Shown here: positions 10,723-20,948 of the stretch, one piece after another | Position numbering within the stretch: the first letter of the stretch is position 1 | Layout: each line of letters begins with the position of its first letter | Assembly (NCBI GenBank): GCA_050729115.1 | Contig: JBOHKK010000001.1 | Location: forward strand, 2,947-66,946 | From: Geminicoccaceae bacterium | Lineage (GTDB): Bacteria; Pseudomonadota; Alphaproteobacteria; Geminicoccales; Geminicoccaceae | Direction: 5' to 3' | Length of the DNA: 64,000 nt | Notes under the pieces: model-generated | The model's database searches: none | What the model saw: the letters and a program-made list of their open reading frames with translations, nothing else | What the model was told of the DNA's origin: nothing | Made by a program: the position numbers and the translations under genes

Positions 10723-10749
10723 CGGCTTCGGCGGCTTCGGCGGCTTCGG
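10723..10749. repeat. 3 x 9-bp perfect tandem repeat (CGGCTTCGG)
   Basis: Read directly from the sequence: cggcttcgg cggcttcgg cggcttcgg. It lies inside a roughly 0.9-kb stretch with no credible ORF. Confidence 0.9.
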
Positions 10750-11498
10750 ACCGGGGGACCTGCAGGCTCGGCGGAGGCTGGGCTTCTCGGGCGCGATCTG
10801 GGTCGCCGATCCGAACGCCCGTGCGCGCGCCCGCCTCGCCTCCACGCCTCGGGCCGGCCGGGCGGGGCAGGGACAGACCCGATGCTCCGGCTGGCCCGTC
10901 GCGCCTTCGACGACGAGGCCCGTCTCGAACGCACGGGGTCCGGCCTGCTGGAGCTGTTGCCCGACGTGATCGCGCCCGGTCGCACCAGGGGCGTACCGGC
11001 CCGGACGTTTCGACCCCGCGCCCGTCGCCCGAGCGGGCACCCTGCAAACTCACGCTCCTTCGGCGTCCTCTGACCGTCGAATTTTCGAGCTTCTGACACC
11101 CGTGCCAGAATGGCGGTCGTTCGGTTGCGTCAGAGAAGCCGGCCCGACAGACAAGGAAAACGGCCGAAATCGGCCTCTCTGCCAGTGCCCGTGGTTCGGA
11201 CGAATGGGCGCAAGGGCCCGCATTCGGTGCCGTTCCGGCGGGCTCGTGCGACCGGATAAAGAATGTCACGCGTGAGGCGACTGGCGGAGGGAGAGGAACT
11301 GTCGTCCAACCCTCTCCGGGCCTTTTTCAATGACTTACGAACCACACAAAATGCGGTGGATGTTGCCTGGAGAAACCTGGGCTTGCCTTTGCGGTTTCCA
11401 CCTCTGCAAGGGCGGGCCGGCCGGTGAGCGGCCGGCCAGACGGCCTTGATCCAGACCTCGAGCTGCGCGCCGCCGACTCTGGTGTCCTTCCCGTGACA

Positions 11499-12188
11499 CT
11501 ACGTTGGCGGGCCACTCCAGGTGTGGGCGACAATTCGCTTGTACAGCCACCCGGACATCGTACCCAGCGCAATCCAGAACAAGCCAGTGGTCGCGAGTGA
11601 CGCGATCACGAACTCCCGCACGAGTTCAGCCGGGGCCGACCCACCGTGCTCCGACGGCTGCGGCGCGCCGATGAGATGCGGCAGCACCATGACGGGCAAT
11701 GCCAGCACCTTGACCCAAGCTGGCCTGCCGAATGCGATGAGACCGAGGCCAAGGGCCGTAGCTGCGGCTGTCCCGATCCACCAGAGCTGGCGCGTCGACA
11801 GCTCCGCCGCGGCGCTGCCCGGAAGCTCGGGCGGCAGACCGATCGAGGGAACCAGCGCGAAGACCAGGAAGCCGGCGAGGCCCCACAGGAGCCCGCGCAA
11901 GGTGTCGATCGGACGACCTGCCGTCTCGGCCAAGACAAACCCCCCCACCAGCAAGAGCCCGAACCCGACTCCGACCAGGAGGTTGGCCATGACGGTGTAG
12001 GCGGTCCGTTCGACGCCGTCCTCGGGCGACCACGTCGCTTCGTCTGCGGTGAGCTCCGAATGGTCGGCTACTTCAAAGACCTCCGCCTCCAGGATCAACG
12101 GCGCGACCCGGACCATCTGGGCCGCGGAGATGAACGCGCCAGCAAGGGCCCCGGCGAGCAAGGCAACCGTCAGAGTGCGGGCAAGCAT
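11499..12188 (-). CDS. cbtA: cobalt transporter subunit CbtA
   Basis: 229-aa polytopic protein. Its N-terminal TM is followed by an acidic loop, and later VLPHLIGAPQP is CbtA-like. It lies downstream of cbtB in a B12-riboswitch operon. Confidence 0.8.
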   Translation of the reverse strand: MLARTLTVALLAGALAGAFISAAQMVRVAPLILEAEVFEVADHSELTADEATWSPEDGVERTAYTVMANLLVGVGFGLLLVGGFVLAETAGRPIDTLRGLLWGLAGFLVFALVPSIGLPPELPGSAAAELSTRQLWWIGTAAATALGLGLIAFGRPAWVKVLALPVMVLPHLIGAPQPSEHGGSAPAELVREFVIASLATTGLFWIALGTMSGWLYKRIVAHTWSGPPT

Positions 12189-12203
12189 CTTGGTCGGCCT
12201 CGC

Positions 12204-12383
12204 TTAGTGGCAGGGGAAGGCGAAGCCATGGCGGACGTCGTGCGCCGCGTTGTGCAGGACCTCCGGGCCCGCAAACCCCGTGCCGAAGAGGACGATCAAT
12301 GCCAGCGCGATCAGGACGCCGGCCGTAAGCATGCGGGAGATCTTGGCGGTTTCGCCCGCATGCGCAGCGCTTGCTCGATACAT
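12204..12383 (-). CDS. cbtB: cobalt transporter subunit CbtB (59 aa, below the ORF-track cutoff)
   Basis: My own translation: MYRASAAHAGETAKISRMLTAGVLIALALIVLFGTGFAGPEVLHNAAHDVRHGFAFPCH*. It has one TM plus the C-terminal HDxRH...FPCH motif characteristic of CbtB. GAGGAAAGG RBS. Confidence 0.8.
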   Translation of the reverse strand: MYRASAAHAGETAKISRMLTAGVLIALALIVLFGTGFAGPEVLHNAAHDVRHGFAFPCH

Positions 12384-12428
12384 GACTGAAGCCTTTCCTC
12401 GATGACAGTGGCCTTGCGACTACGGGGG

Positions 12429-13052
12429 TCAAAGCACAAGGAAAAGTACGACCCCGGTCGCGGCGATGGCCCAGCCGCCCTGACGCACCAGTCGCTGCAG
12501 CACGGCCCATCGCTTGAGCTGGCCGATCCCGAGCCCGACGGCATGCAGGATCGCTGTCGCGATCACGAAACCCAGGCCGTAAAGGGCGGGCGAGGCGGTC
12601 CCCGGCAGCCCGGTGCCGTGCGCATGGCCATGGAACACTGCGAACAGCATCACCAGCCCCGTGCAGGCCCAGAGCGGTGGCTTGAGCGCCAACCCGATCA
12701 TCACGCCGAGGACCAGAACGGATGTCGCGATGCCGGACTCGACCCACGGCAGCGGCATCCCATAGGCGCCAAGCAGGCCGCCGAGCGCCATGGTCAAGGG
12801 GAAGGCCAACGGCAGCGGCCAGAGTGCCGGACGGCCGATCTGCGCCGCCCACAAGCCCACCGCCAGCATCGCCAGGACGTGATCGAGCCCCGAGAAGGGA
12901 TGGCTGAACCCGGCGTTCCAGCCGGCTCCGGCCTCACTGAAGACATGGGCCGCCGCCTGTGGGGCAGCCAAGAGGAGGGCGGCAGCAACCGCAGCGCCTG
13001 GGAAGAGGGGACCGCTTTGCCGGCCCGCTGAGAAGGATTCTTGATTGCGCAT
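12429..13052 (-). CDS. hupE: HupE/UreJ family Ni/Co transporter
   Basis: ATG at 13050..13052 with a GAGGGAG RBS. Signal peptide, then HVFSE...GFSHPFSGLDHVLAMLAVGLWAAQ and FHGHAHG motifs typical of HupE/UreJ. Confidence 0.85.
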   Translation of the reverse strand: MRNQESFSAGRQSGPLFPGAAVAAALLLAAPQAAAHVFSEAGAGWNAGFSHPFSGLDHVLAMLAVGLWAAQIGRPALWPLPLAFPLTMALGGLLGAYGMPLPWVESGIATSVLVLGVMIGLALKPPLWACTGLVMLFAVFHGHAHGTGLPGTASPALYGLGFVIATAILHAVGLGIGQLKRWAVLQRLVRQGGWAIAATGVVLFLVL

Positions 13053-13085
13053 GGCTCCCTCGCCGCGTAGACCATTGCTGTCATC

Positions 13086-13117
13086 GCGAAGCAAGGAAGC
13101 TCCTCACGGAGAGGAGC
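13086..13117 (-). terminator. putative riboswitch expression-platform hairpin (attenuator)
   Basis: On the minus strand, GCTCCTC-tccgt-GAGGAGC is followed by TTCCTTGCTTCG. It lies between the B12 aptamer and the hupE start. Confidence 0.4.
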
Positions 13118-13159
13118 CGCCGAGCACCGGTACACCCCGCCCGATGCGCACGCGCTGAC

Positions 13160-13330
13160 GGTCTCGATGGCAGGTCTCCGGACTCGCGGCTCTACGCCTC
13201 GCGCCACCTTCCCGGTTGCCCAGTGGCTCTTTAGCGCTTGGCTCGCCGCCTACCGTAGCGGGGGCTGTCGCGGCCTTGGGCGTACCCGCACCGCGTTCCC
13301 TTTTCATCCCCAGAGGGGAACCATCGGTCG
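13160..13330 (-). promoter_or_regulatory. cobalamin (B12) riboswitch
   Basis: The minus strand reads GGTTCCCCTCTGGGGATGAAAAGGGAACGCGGTGCGGG...GCCGCGACAGCCCCCGCTACGGTA...GAGCCACTGGGCAACCGGGAAGGTGGC...GAGTCCGGAGACCTGCCATCG. This includes the conserved GGGAA / GGTG core, GCCACTG, and the B12 box (AGTCCGGAGACCTGCC). It is upstream of hupE-cbtB-cbtA. Confidence 0.88.
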
Positions 13331-13436
13331 CGATGATTGCCTGAAGCCAGGTGGCGAGTCAAAGGGTCATTGATCTTGCGATTGGCGACAGTCGACCGAT
13401 GGCCTGATCTTCCTGCCCGACTTGCCGCGCGATAGC

Positions 13437-14675
13437 TCAAGTGCCGTCCCGGTCGTGCGGGCGGTCCGGCCGTTGCCTTGAGGCGGGGTCGGTCGCCGCA
13501 AACGCAATGAGCGCAAAGCTCGCCAGTCCCGCTCCGGCGAGGAAGGTCGCAGGCGGTCCGTACGCGTCCCATAGTCCGCCGGCGATGACGCTCGCCGCGA
13601 GGATGGCGAAGCTCGCCACCATGTTGAAGATGCCGAACGCGGTGCCCCGTCTCGCGGCGGGCACGGCATCGGCCACGAGCGCCGCGACCAGCCCCTGCGT
13701 CAGGCCCATGTGCAGACCGAAGAGCGCCACTCCGACCAGCACCGTGACCGGGTCCCCGGCACGGGCGAGGACTACGTCCGCGACGATCAGCACGACGATG
13801 CCGGTAAGGAGCACCTGCCGTCGCCCCACCCGGTCGGACAGAGCGCCGGCGGGATAGGCGCTGCCCGCGTAGGCCAGGTTCATAACGACCAGGACGACCG
13901 GCACCCAGGCCAGCGCCAGACCCTCACCTTGGGCCCTGAGGATCAGGAACGCCTCGCTGAAGCGGGCGAGCATGAGAACGGACGCGGCGGCGATCAGCCA
14001 CCAGAACGCCGATCCCATGGCACGAGCCGGCGCAAGGTCCAGCGCGCGCTCGGCCGAAGGCCGCGGTCTTTGGGCTTGTGGCTCCTCGACGGCCAGCGTC
14101 AGGACGACGACCGCGAGCAGGGCAGGAACGATCGCGATCCAGAAAACCGCGCGGATGTCGTCCGCCAGCAGGATCATGAGGACGATCGCGAGCAGCGGCC
14201 CGAGAAAGGCGCCAACCGTGTCGAGGGATTGGCGCAGGCCGTAACATGCGCCGCGCAGGTCGGGCGGGGCGAGATCGCCGACCAGCGCATCCCGTGGAGC
14301 CACCCGGATCCCCTTCCCGATGCGGTCGACGAAGCGAGCAGTGAACACCAGCGCCACCGAATCGGCGAGTGGGAAGAGCGGCTTGGCCACGGTCGCGAGA
14401 CCGTAACCAACGAGGGCGAGCGGCTTGCGACGGCCGATGTGATCGCTGAGCCGGCCCGATACCAGCTTGACGAGGGCCGCCGTGGCCTCCGCGACGCCCT
14501 CGATCACACCGACCGAGAGCGCGCTCGCGCCGAGCGCCGTGACGAGGAAGACCGGCAAGAGGCTGTGGATCAGCTCGCTCGAGACGTCCATGAACAGGCT
14601 GACGAAGCCGAGGGCCCAGATCCCGCGCGGGATGGCCCGGACACCTCGCGCAGCAGGGTCGGAGAGCGCGCTCAT
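13437..14675 (-). CDS. MFS transporter
   Basis: About 12 TM segments. Motif A-like GRLSDHIGRRKPL and a second LSDRVGRR. The ATG at 14673..14675 (MSALSDP...) is chosen over the upstream track start. Confidence 0.85.
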   Translation of the reverse strand: MSALSDPAARGVRAIPRGIWALGFVSLFMDVSSELIHSLLPVFLVTALGASALSVGVIEGVAEATAALVKLVSGRLSDHIGRRKPLALVGYGLATVAKPLFPLADSVALVFTARFVDRIGKGIRVAPRDALVGDLAPPDLRGACYGLRQSLDTVGAFLGPLLAIVLMILLADDIRAVFWIAIVPALLAVVVLTLAVEEPQAQRPRPSAERALDLAPARAMGSAFWWLIAAASVLMLARFSEAFLILRAQGEGLALAWVPVVLVVMNLAYAGSAYPAGALSDRVGRRQVLLTGIVVLIVADVVLARAGDPVTVLVGVALFGLHMGLTQGLVAALVADAVPAARRGTAFGIFNMVASFAILAASVIAGGLWDAYGPPATFLAGAGLASFALIAFAATDPASRQRPDRPHDRDGT

Positions 14676-14700
14676 CGCCGTCGGGCCGAGCCCTCCGTCC

Positions 14701-15033
14701 TCAACTTGCACCCCGCGGACCGAAGAGGATCACCGCGGCTCCCATGAGACAGATGCCGGCGCCGGTCAGGTCCCAACGATCCGGTCGCGCACCCTCGACC
14801 ATGCAGAGCCATAGCAGCGACGCCGCGATGTAGACGCCACCATACGCCGCATAGGCCCGGCCGGCGAAAGCCGCATCGATGCGCGTCAGCAGAAACGCGA
14901 ACAGCGCGAGCGAGACCATGCCTGGCGCGACCCAGAACGCCGACCTGCCGAGCCGCAGCCAAGCCCAGAACGCGAAGCAGCCCGCAATCTCGGCGACCGC
15001 CGCGGCGGCATAGACTCCCAGTGCCTGCAGCAC
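14701..15033 (-). CDS. ynfA: YnfA family (UPF0060) small membrane protein
   Basis: 110 aa with a GTG start. [21 protein letters not shown]...[16 protein letters not shown] matches the YnfA pattern. Confidence 0.8.
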   Translation of the reverse strand: MLQALGVYAAAAVAEIAGCFAFWAWLRLGRSAFWVAPGMVSLALFAFLLTRIDAAFAGRAYAAYGGVYIAASLLWLCMVEGARPDRWDLTGAGICLMGAAVILFGPRGAS

Positions 15034-15108
15034 CTCTCGTCCCCTGACGGCGGTCAGCCGCGCTTGGGCTCCGCGAGTCCGAGCGGGCCTCGCCGGCGAT
15101 GATTGCGA

Positions 15109-15420
15109 TCACGCGGTGAAGTGAGTGAACAACTCGTCGGCAGCACCTTTCGCCTCGGGGGGTGCGGTAATATTCAGGTGGACCGCGTCGGCGCTCTCAC
15201 GCACATCGAAGCGAAGGAAACCGCAGCACGCCTTCTCGCGACGGACGAGGTCGTGCACCTCGGCCGCCGCGGACCTGTCGTAGGTAAGTTCCAGCATCAG
15301 CCCGTCCCGACGATGGCCCCGGAGCGACTTGGCCGACAGTTTTTGGATCCACCCCACCCGAGCCTCGAAGTCGCCCGAGCCGAGCGTGCAGGCGATCGGT
15401 GGAGATTCGCTGTCCGTCAT
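15109..15420 (-). CDS. hypothetical small cytoplasmic protein with vicinal Cys pair
   Basis: 103 aa with a GGAGAG RBS. Contains IACTL near the N-terminus and EKACCGFLRF. It is the last gene of the arsR-led trio. Confidence 0.6.
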   Translation of the reverse strand: MTDSESPPIACTLGSGDFEARVGWIQKLSAKSLRGHRRDGLMLELTYDRSAAAEVHDLVRREKACCGFLRFDVRESADAVHLNITAPPEAKGAADELFTHFTA

Positions 15421-15474
15421 GTCTTCTCTCCTTGCTCGCAGCAGGGCTGGAAGAGCGCAACATAGTCAGGACCG

Positions 15475-15945
15475 TCAGGCGCGCTCGAACGCTGCGCCGC
15501 GGGTCTGACGGAAGCTGATCCGGCACAGAACCCAGAGGAACACGGCGAACAGCAGGTGCGGAACGAGGGAGGCCACGATCAGTTTCGGGCTGACCGCCAG
15601 CCCGAGGATGCCCCAGCCGACGATCGGGAAGAACACGAACAGCACGAGCAGCCAGAGGAAGAGGCCGAGCAGCAGCGCGTTGACCAAGGTGAGGGCGTGG
15701 CGGAACAGGGCGACGTACACCACCGACCAGGCGGTCACATAAGCGACGTGGAACAGCAGGCCGACCGGAAGAGGCAGGGGGCCTGCAAGGACGGTCTCCG
15801 CAAACGCGAGTCCGAGGGGCTTGGGCAGTGGTGAAATCCCGAGCCGAAGCGCCGGGACCATGACTGCCGACAGCAGGAGCGCGGTGGCGATCCCGATGCC
15901 GATGGCCTTGAGGAGTTCGGTGGGCGTGAGCTTGTGAAAGCGCAT
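15475..15945 (-). CDS. hypothetical 4-TM membrane protein
   Basis: ATG at 15943..15945 with a GGAGG RBS, 3 nt after the arsR stop. Strongly hydrophobic, with no family I recognise. Confidence 0.6.
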   Translation of the reverse strand: MRFHKLTPTELLKAIGIGIATALLLSAVMVPALRLGISPLPKPLGLAFAETVLAGPLPLPVGLLFHVAYVTAWSVVYVALFRHALTLVNALLLGLFLWLLVLFVFFPIVGWGILGLAVSPKLIVASLVPHLLFAVFLWVLCRISFRQTRGAAFERA

Positions 15946-15947
15946 GG

Positions 15948-16334
15948 CTACCTCCGTTGACCTTTCGATCCACAAGGGGACGGCTTTCCTTTGACCTCCA
16001 TCGCCGCGTCGATCGGCTTGGTCGGGCAGCCGGGCAGGCATCCCGAGGGCGCATTGTCGCAGCAGTCCTCGAGCAGGAAGCTCAAGAGCCCGCTCAGTCG
16101 GTCGTACTCCACTGCATAGAAGATCTGCCGGCCAGCGCGCCGCGAGGTGACGAGATCCGCCTGGACGAGCCGAGACAGATGGAATGACAGCGCGTTCGGC
16201 GGCATGCCCATGCGTTCGCTGATCTCGCCGGCGGCCAGCCCATCGGGGCCAGCCGGTATCAGGAGGCGGAACACCGCCAAGCGTGTGTCGTGACCGAGCG
16301 CTTCGAAAGCCGCAACCGGGCTCGTCCCTCGCAT
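15948..16334 (-). CDS. ArsR/SmtB family transcriptional regulator with C-terminal CC-X5-C-X3-C cluster
   Basis: Winged-HTH core (LGHDTRLAVFRLL...ISERMGMPPNALSFHLSRLVQADLV..RR.GRQIFY). The C-terminal LEDCCDNAPSGCLPGC resembles the C-terminal As(III)-site type of ArsR rather than the alpha3 CVC type. Confidence 0.85.
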   Translation of the reverse strand: MRGTSPVAAFEALGHDTRLAVFRLLIPAGPDGLAAGEISERMGMPPNALSFHLSRLVQADLVTSRRAGRQIFYAVEYDRLSGLLSFLLEDCCDNAPSGCLPGCPTKPIDAAMEVKGKPSPCGSKGQRR

Positions 16335-16409
16335 CCTTGAACAAATATTGAAATGTCGGCCGCCGTCAACCGGGCTCCGCCGCCGAGGGCTTCACGCCTG
16401 CGCGAGGTC

Positions 16410-17765
16410 TCAGATCAGATAGCCGAGGTCCGAAGCGGCGGAGGGATACGCGCTGACGAGCTTTCTAAGATCGGTCGCGGTGAGGCCGGTGCGCATCGCG
16501 AGCCCGAAGAAGTTGATCAGCTCGCTCGCCTCGGGGCCCAACAGGTGCGCGCCGAGAATGCGCGCCGTGCCCTTCTCGAGCAGCACCTTGGCCGCGGCAT
16601 GGGTCTCGCCGACCCGCTCGACGCTGTACCAGTCGCTCATGTCGGTGGTTTTGACCTCGACGTCGAGCCCCTGCGCGCGCGCCTCGGCTTCGTCAAGGCC
16701 GACCCGGGTCAGCTCCGGGATGGTGAACACGGCGCTCGGCACGCCGGTGTAGTCGGGCGTCTCGGTGTTGCCCTCGAGGAGGTTCGTCGCGACCACCGCG
16801 CCCTCCAGGCTGGCGACCGGCGTCAGCGGCGCTCCGGCGGTGGCGGCGGCGTCGCCGGCCACGTAGACCCGCGGGTTGGAGACGCTCTGCAGGAACTGGT
16901 TGACCGCGACGCCCTTCTTTTCGGCGCAGACGTTGCCTCGCTCGAGGTCCAGGCGCTCGAGTGCCGGCGCACGGCCCGCTCCGTGCACGACCAAATCCGC
17001 TTCGAAGGTCTGGTTGCGACCGTCGATCTCGGCGGTCACGCCCAAGCCTGTGCTGGTGCGCTCGATCGCTTCGACCGCCGCCTTCGCCCGGAAGTCGACA
17101 CCGAGAGCGCGGGTGCGCTCCAGAAGCTTTACGACCAAGTCCGGATCGAACGCCTTCAGCGGCCGCTCGCCGCGATCGAGGACGACCACCTCGGCGTCCG
17201 CCCGGGCCGCGAGATGCGCGAACTCGAACGAGACATAGCCGCCGCCGATGAACAGCACGCGCTGCGGCAGCTCGTCGAGCTCGAGAAAACGATCGCTTGT
17301 CGTCACGTGCTCAGCACCCTGGATCGGCAACGGCACGGGCTCGGCACCGCTCGCGATGACCACATGGCGCGCCTGCAGACGCTCGCCGCCGACCTCCAGG
17401 GCGTCAGCCGCGACGAACCGCGCGGTGCCTCTGTGCGTGACGATGCCCTTATCGGCGAAGGCCTTCTCTTTGCTGGCCGGCACCGGATCGGTGAAGCTGC
17501 GCTTGAAGCGCATCAGGCTCGGCCAGTCGATACGGACGCCCGGGTCGGCGATGCCCTTGCCGTGCAGGAGCCGGGCCGCGTCCACGACCTCGGCGCCGCG
17601 CCGAAGCACCTTCTTGGGGTCGCATCCGCGCAGCTGGCACGTGCCGCCATACGGCAGCTCGTCGACGATCGCCACCGACCAGCCGGCCGCACGGCAGCGA
17701 TTGGCAACCGTGCTTGCGGCAGCGCCGGTGCCGACCACGACCAGGTCGAAGGTGTCATCCATCAC
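16410..17765 (-). CDS. class-I pyridine nucleotide-disulfide oxidoreductase (glutathione reductase / dihydrolipoyl dehydrogenase-like)
   Basis: FAD fingerprint DLVVVGTGAAAS, redox-active disulfide GGTCQLRGCDPKK, NAD(P) fingerprint FIGGGYVSFEF. There is no C-terminal CC tail, so it is not MerA. The GTG at 17765 is immediately followed by an ATG at 17762. Confidence 0.85.
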   Translation of the reverse strand: MMDDTFDLVVVGTGAAASTVANRCRAAGWSVAIVDELPYGGTCQLRGCDPKKVLRRGAEVVDAARLLHGKGIADPGVRIDWPSLMRFKRSFTDPVPASKEKAFADKGIVTHRGTARFVAADALEVGGERLQARHVVIASGAEPVPLPIQGAEHVTTSDRFLELDELPQRVLFIGGGYVSFEFAHLAARADAEVVVLDRGERPLKAFDPDLVVKLLERTRALGVDFRAKAAVEAIERTSTGLGVTAEIDGRNQTFEADLVVHGAGRAPALERLDLERGNVCAEKKGVAVNQFLQSVSNPRVYVAGDAAATAGAPLTPVASLEGAVVATNLLEGNTETPDYTGVPSAVFTIPELTRVGLDEAEARAQGLDVEVKTTDMSDWYSVERVGETHAAAKVLLEKGTARILGAHLLGPEASELINFFGLAMRTGLTATDLRKLVSAYPSAASDLGYLI

Positions 17766-17784
17766 GGTTTCCCAGAGAGTGTGG

Positions 17785-18309
17785 TCAGTAGACGAGGTAG
17801 TCGGCGTCGGCGGTCAGAACCTGCAGGAGAGCCTGCAGTTCCAGCGGCTCCAGGGCGTCGTCGATCCGCTGCGGATCGATCTGGTAGAGGAGCGCCATGG
17901 TCGTGTTGTAGTAGATCTCGGCGCCCTTCGCCTTGATGAAGTCGAGGTACGCGCCGTAATCGTGCGGCACCTCCTCAAGCGGCACGCCGAACTGCTCGGC
18001 GAGCGAGCGCCGCTCGCGCTCGGGGAGCGCGGCGCGGTCCATTGCGGTACTGTCGATGCCGAGCCAGCCCCGCCAGCCATACCCGCGGGCAACCGAGGTC
18101 ACGGCGCTGCCGTCGAACACGATGGTCACCGGCCTGCCCTCGGCGAGCGCCGCCCAAGCCACATTGGGCACCACGCAGATCTGTGCGTCGTCGACGCTGA
18201 GCGCGGTCTTGACGTGGAAGACGAGTGGCCGCTCTGCCGCGGCGACCATCGATGCCGCCGGCAGGAGGGCGAATAGAGTGAGCGCGAGTATGGTGTAGCG
18301 CGTGATCAT
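17785..18309 (-). CDS. exported hypothetical protein, possibly DsrE-like fold
   Basis: ATG at 18307..18309. Signal peptide MITRYTILALTLFALLPAASMVAAA. The segment HVKTALSVDDAQICVVPNVAWAAL..GRPVTIVFDGSAV is reminiscent of DsrE/DsrF-like proteins. This is a by-eye impression only. Confidence 0.55.
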   Translation of the reverse strand: MITRYTILALTLFALLPAASMVAAAERPLVFHVKTALSVDDAQICVVPNVAWAALAEGRPVTIVFDGSAVTSVARGYGWRGWLGIDSTAMDRAALPERERRSLAEQFGVPLEEVPHDYGAYLDFIKAKGAEIYYNTTMALLYQIDPQRIDDALEPLELQALLQVLTADADYLVY

Positions 18310-18563
18310 CGCGGTGATTCCAGCCGCTTCGGCTCGCGGTGGGCACGACCCTCCGCGAGCAAGCGCCCCTCCGTGCGCTTCGAGCTCCCGACGACCACCA
18401 CCACGATCAGCCCGATCAGCGCGGCGCCCAGCAGCCACCGGCCAGCACCATCCAGCAGCCAGACGCCGAGGCCGCCGAGCGCCCCTGTCGCAGCCAGCGT
18501 CAGCCCAACGCAGCAGGCCACCTTCGCCAGCAAGAGGACGAGAACCTTATCGCCGGTCGCCAT
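18306..18563 (-). CDS. hypothetical 2-TM membrane protein with intramembrane CC pair
   Basis: 85 aa. LLLAKVACCVGLTLAATG places a vicinal Cys pair in TM1, as in MerT/MerF-type Hg transporters. It lies immediately downstream of merA, and its stop overlaps the next gene by 4 nt. Confidence 0.55.
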   Translation of the reverse strand: MATGDKVLVLLLAKVACCVGLTLAATGALGGLGVWLLDGAGRWLLGAALIGLIVVVVVGSSKRTEGRLLAEGRAHREPKRLESPR

Positions 18564-18570
18564 CGCCTCA

Positions 18571-20216
<1,646 letters not shown>

Positions 20217-20220
<4 letters not shown>

Positions 20221-20942
20221 GAAGTCACCGCCAGGCCCGCGAGGCTCGGGGCGAAGATCGCGCGACCGGCCTGGAGTGCCTCATCGACCGACAGGCGAAA
20301 GCCCCGGGCCTCCGGATGGTGCTCCGCACGCCAGGCCTCCAGATGCGCGTCGTCGCAGAAGAAGGCGATGACGGTGCACATCGAGTTGGCTGCGCAGCCG
20401 TCCGTCCGGCGAATGCCCGACCAGACGACGGTCGAGCCTGGCCGGACGTCGGCCACCGCCCTGCTCCGATCGCTGGTCGCGATAGTGACCGGCGCGCCGC
20501 AGGAGCGGCAGCGCGACCGGATCTCGACGTCGCGTCCGTACATGTCGCCGGCGCCGAGAGCATCGATCGCGGATAAGGCATTCAGGGTTCGCTTCCCCAG
20601 GCTGACCCGATGCTCGGTGGCGCGATCCGTCCATGGATAGGCGCCGACGATGCGCTCGCCATCGGCATCGAGGACGACGAGGTCCCGTGCCTTGAGGCTC
20701 GCCAGGAGCGACCTGATCACGCTCTCGCGGACGCCGGCATGCCGTGCAAGGTCGGCGATCGCCGGCGCGCCGCCCTGCTCGGCGTAGAGGCGGAGAAGAG
20801 CGGTGCGCACGTCGTCCTCTGCGGGCGTGTAATCCCGCCACATACTCTCGATGCCGATCGCCTCGAGAATCGCGAGCAGGGCCTCGCGCGCCTGCGGTGA
20901 GGATACCGCCGCCCAGTCCGGGAACGTCACCCCAGGACGCAC
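20217..20942 (-). CDS. MerB-like (alkylmercury lyase family) protein, 5' end apparently severed by the IS
   Basis: The C-terminal half aligns by eye with MerB: LNALSAIDALG..RSRCRSCGAPVTIATS...SMCTVIAFFCDDAHLEAWRAEH versus MerB YAWCALDTL..SSHCAATGAPVSLTVS...FCCHVHFFAS. The GTG at 20940..20942 lies 6 nt from the IS end and has no RBS. Confidence 0.65.
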
Positions 20943-20948
20943 GTGATA

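Noticed and set aside
10405-11269. Several 130-240-aa ORFs in both strands of the liv-cbtA gap
   Set aside because: All are low-complexity Arg/Pro/Gly/Ala translations without starts backed by an RBS. No coding signal is visible.
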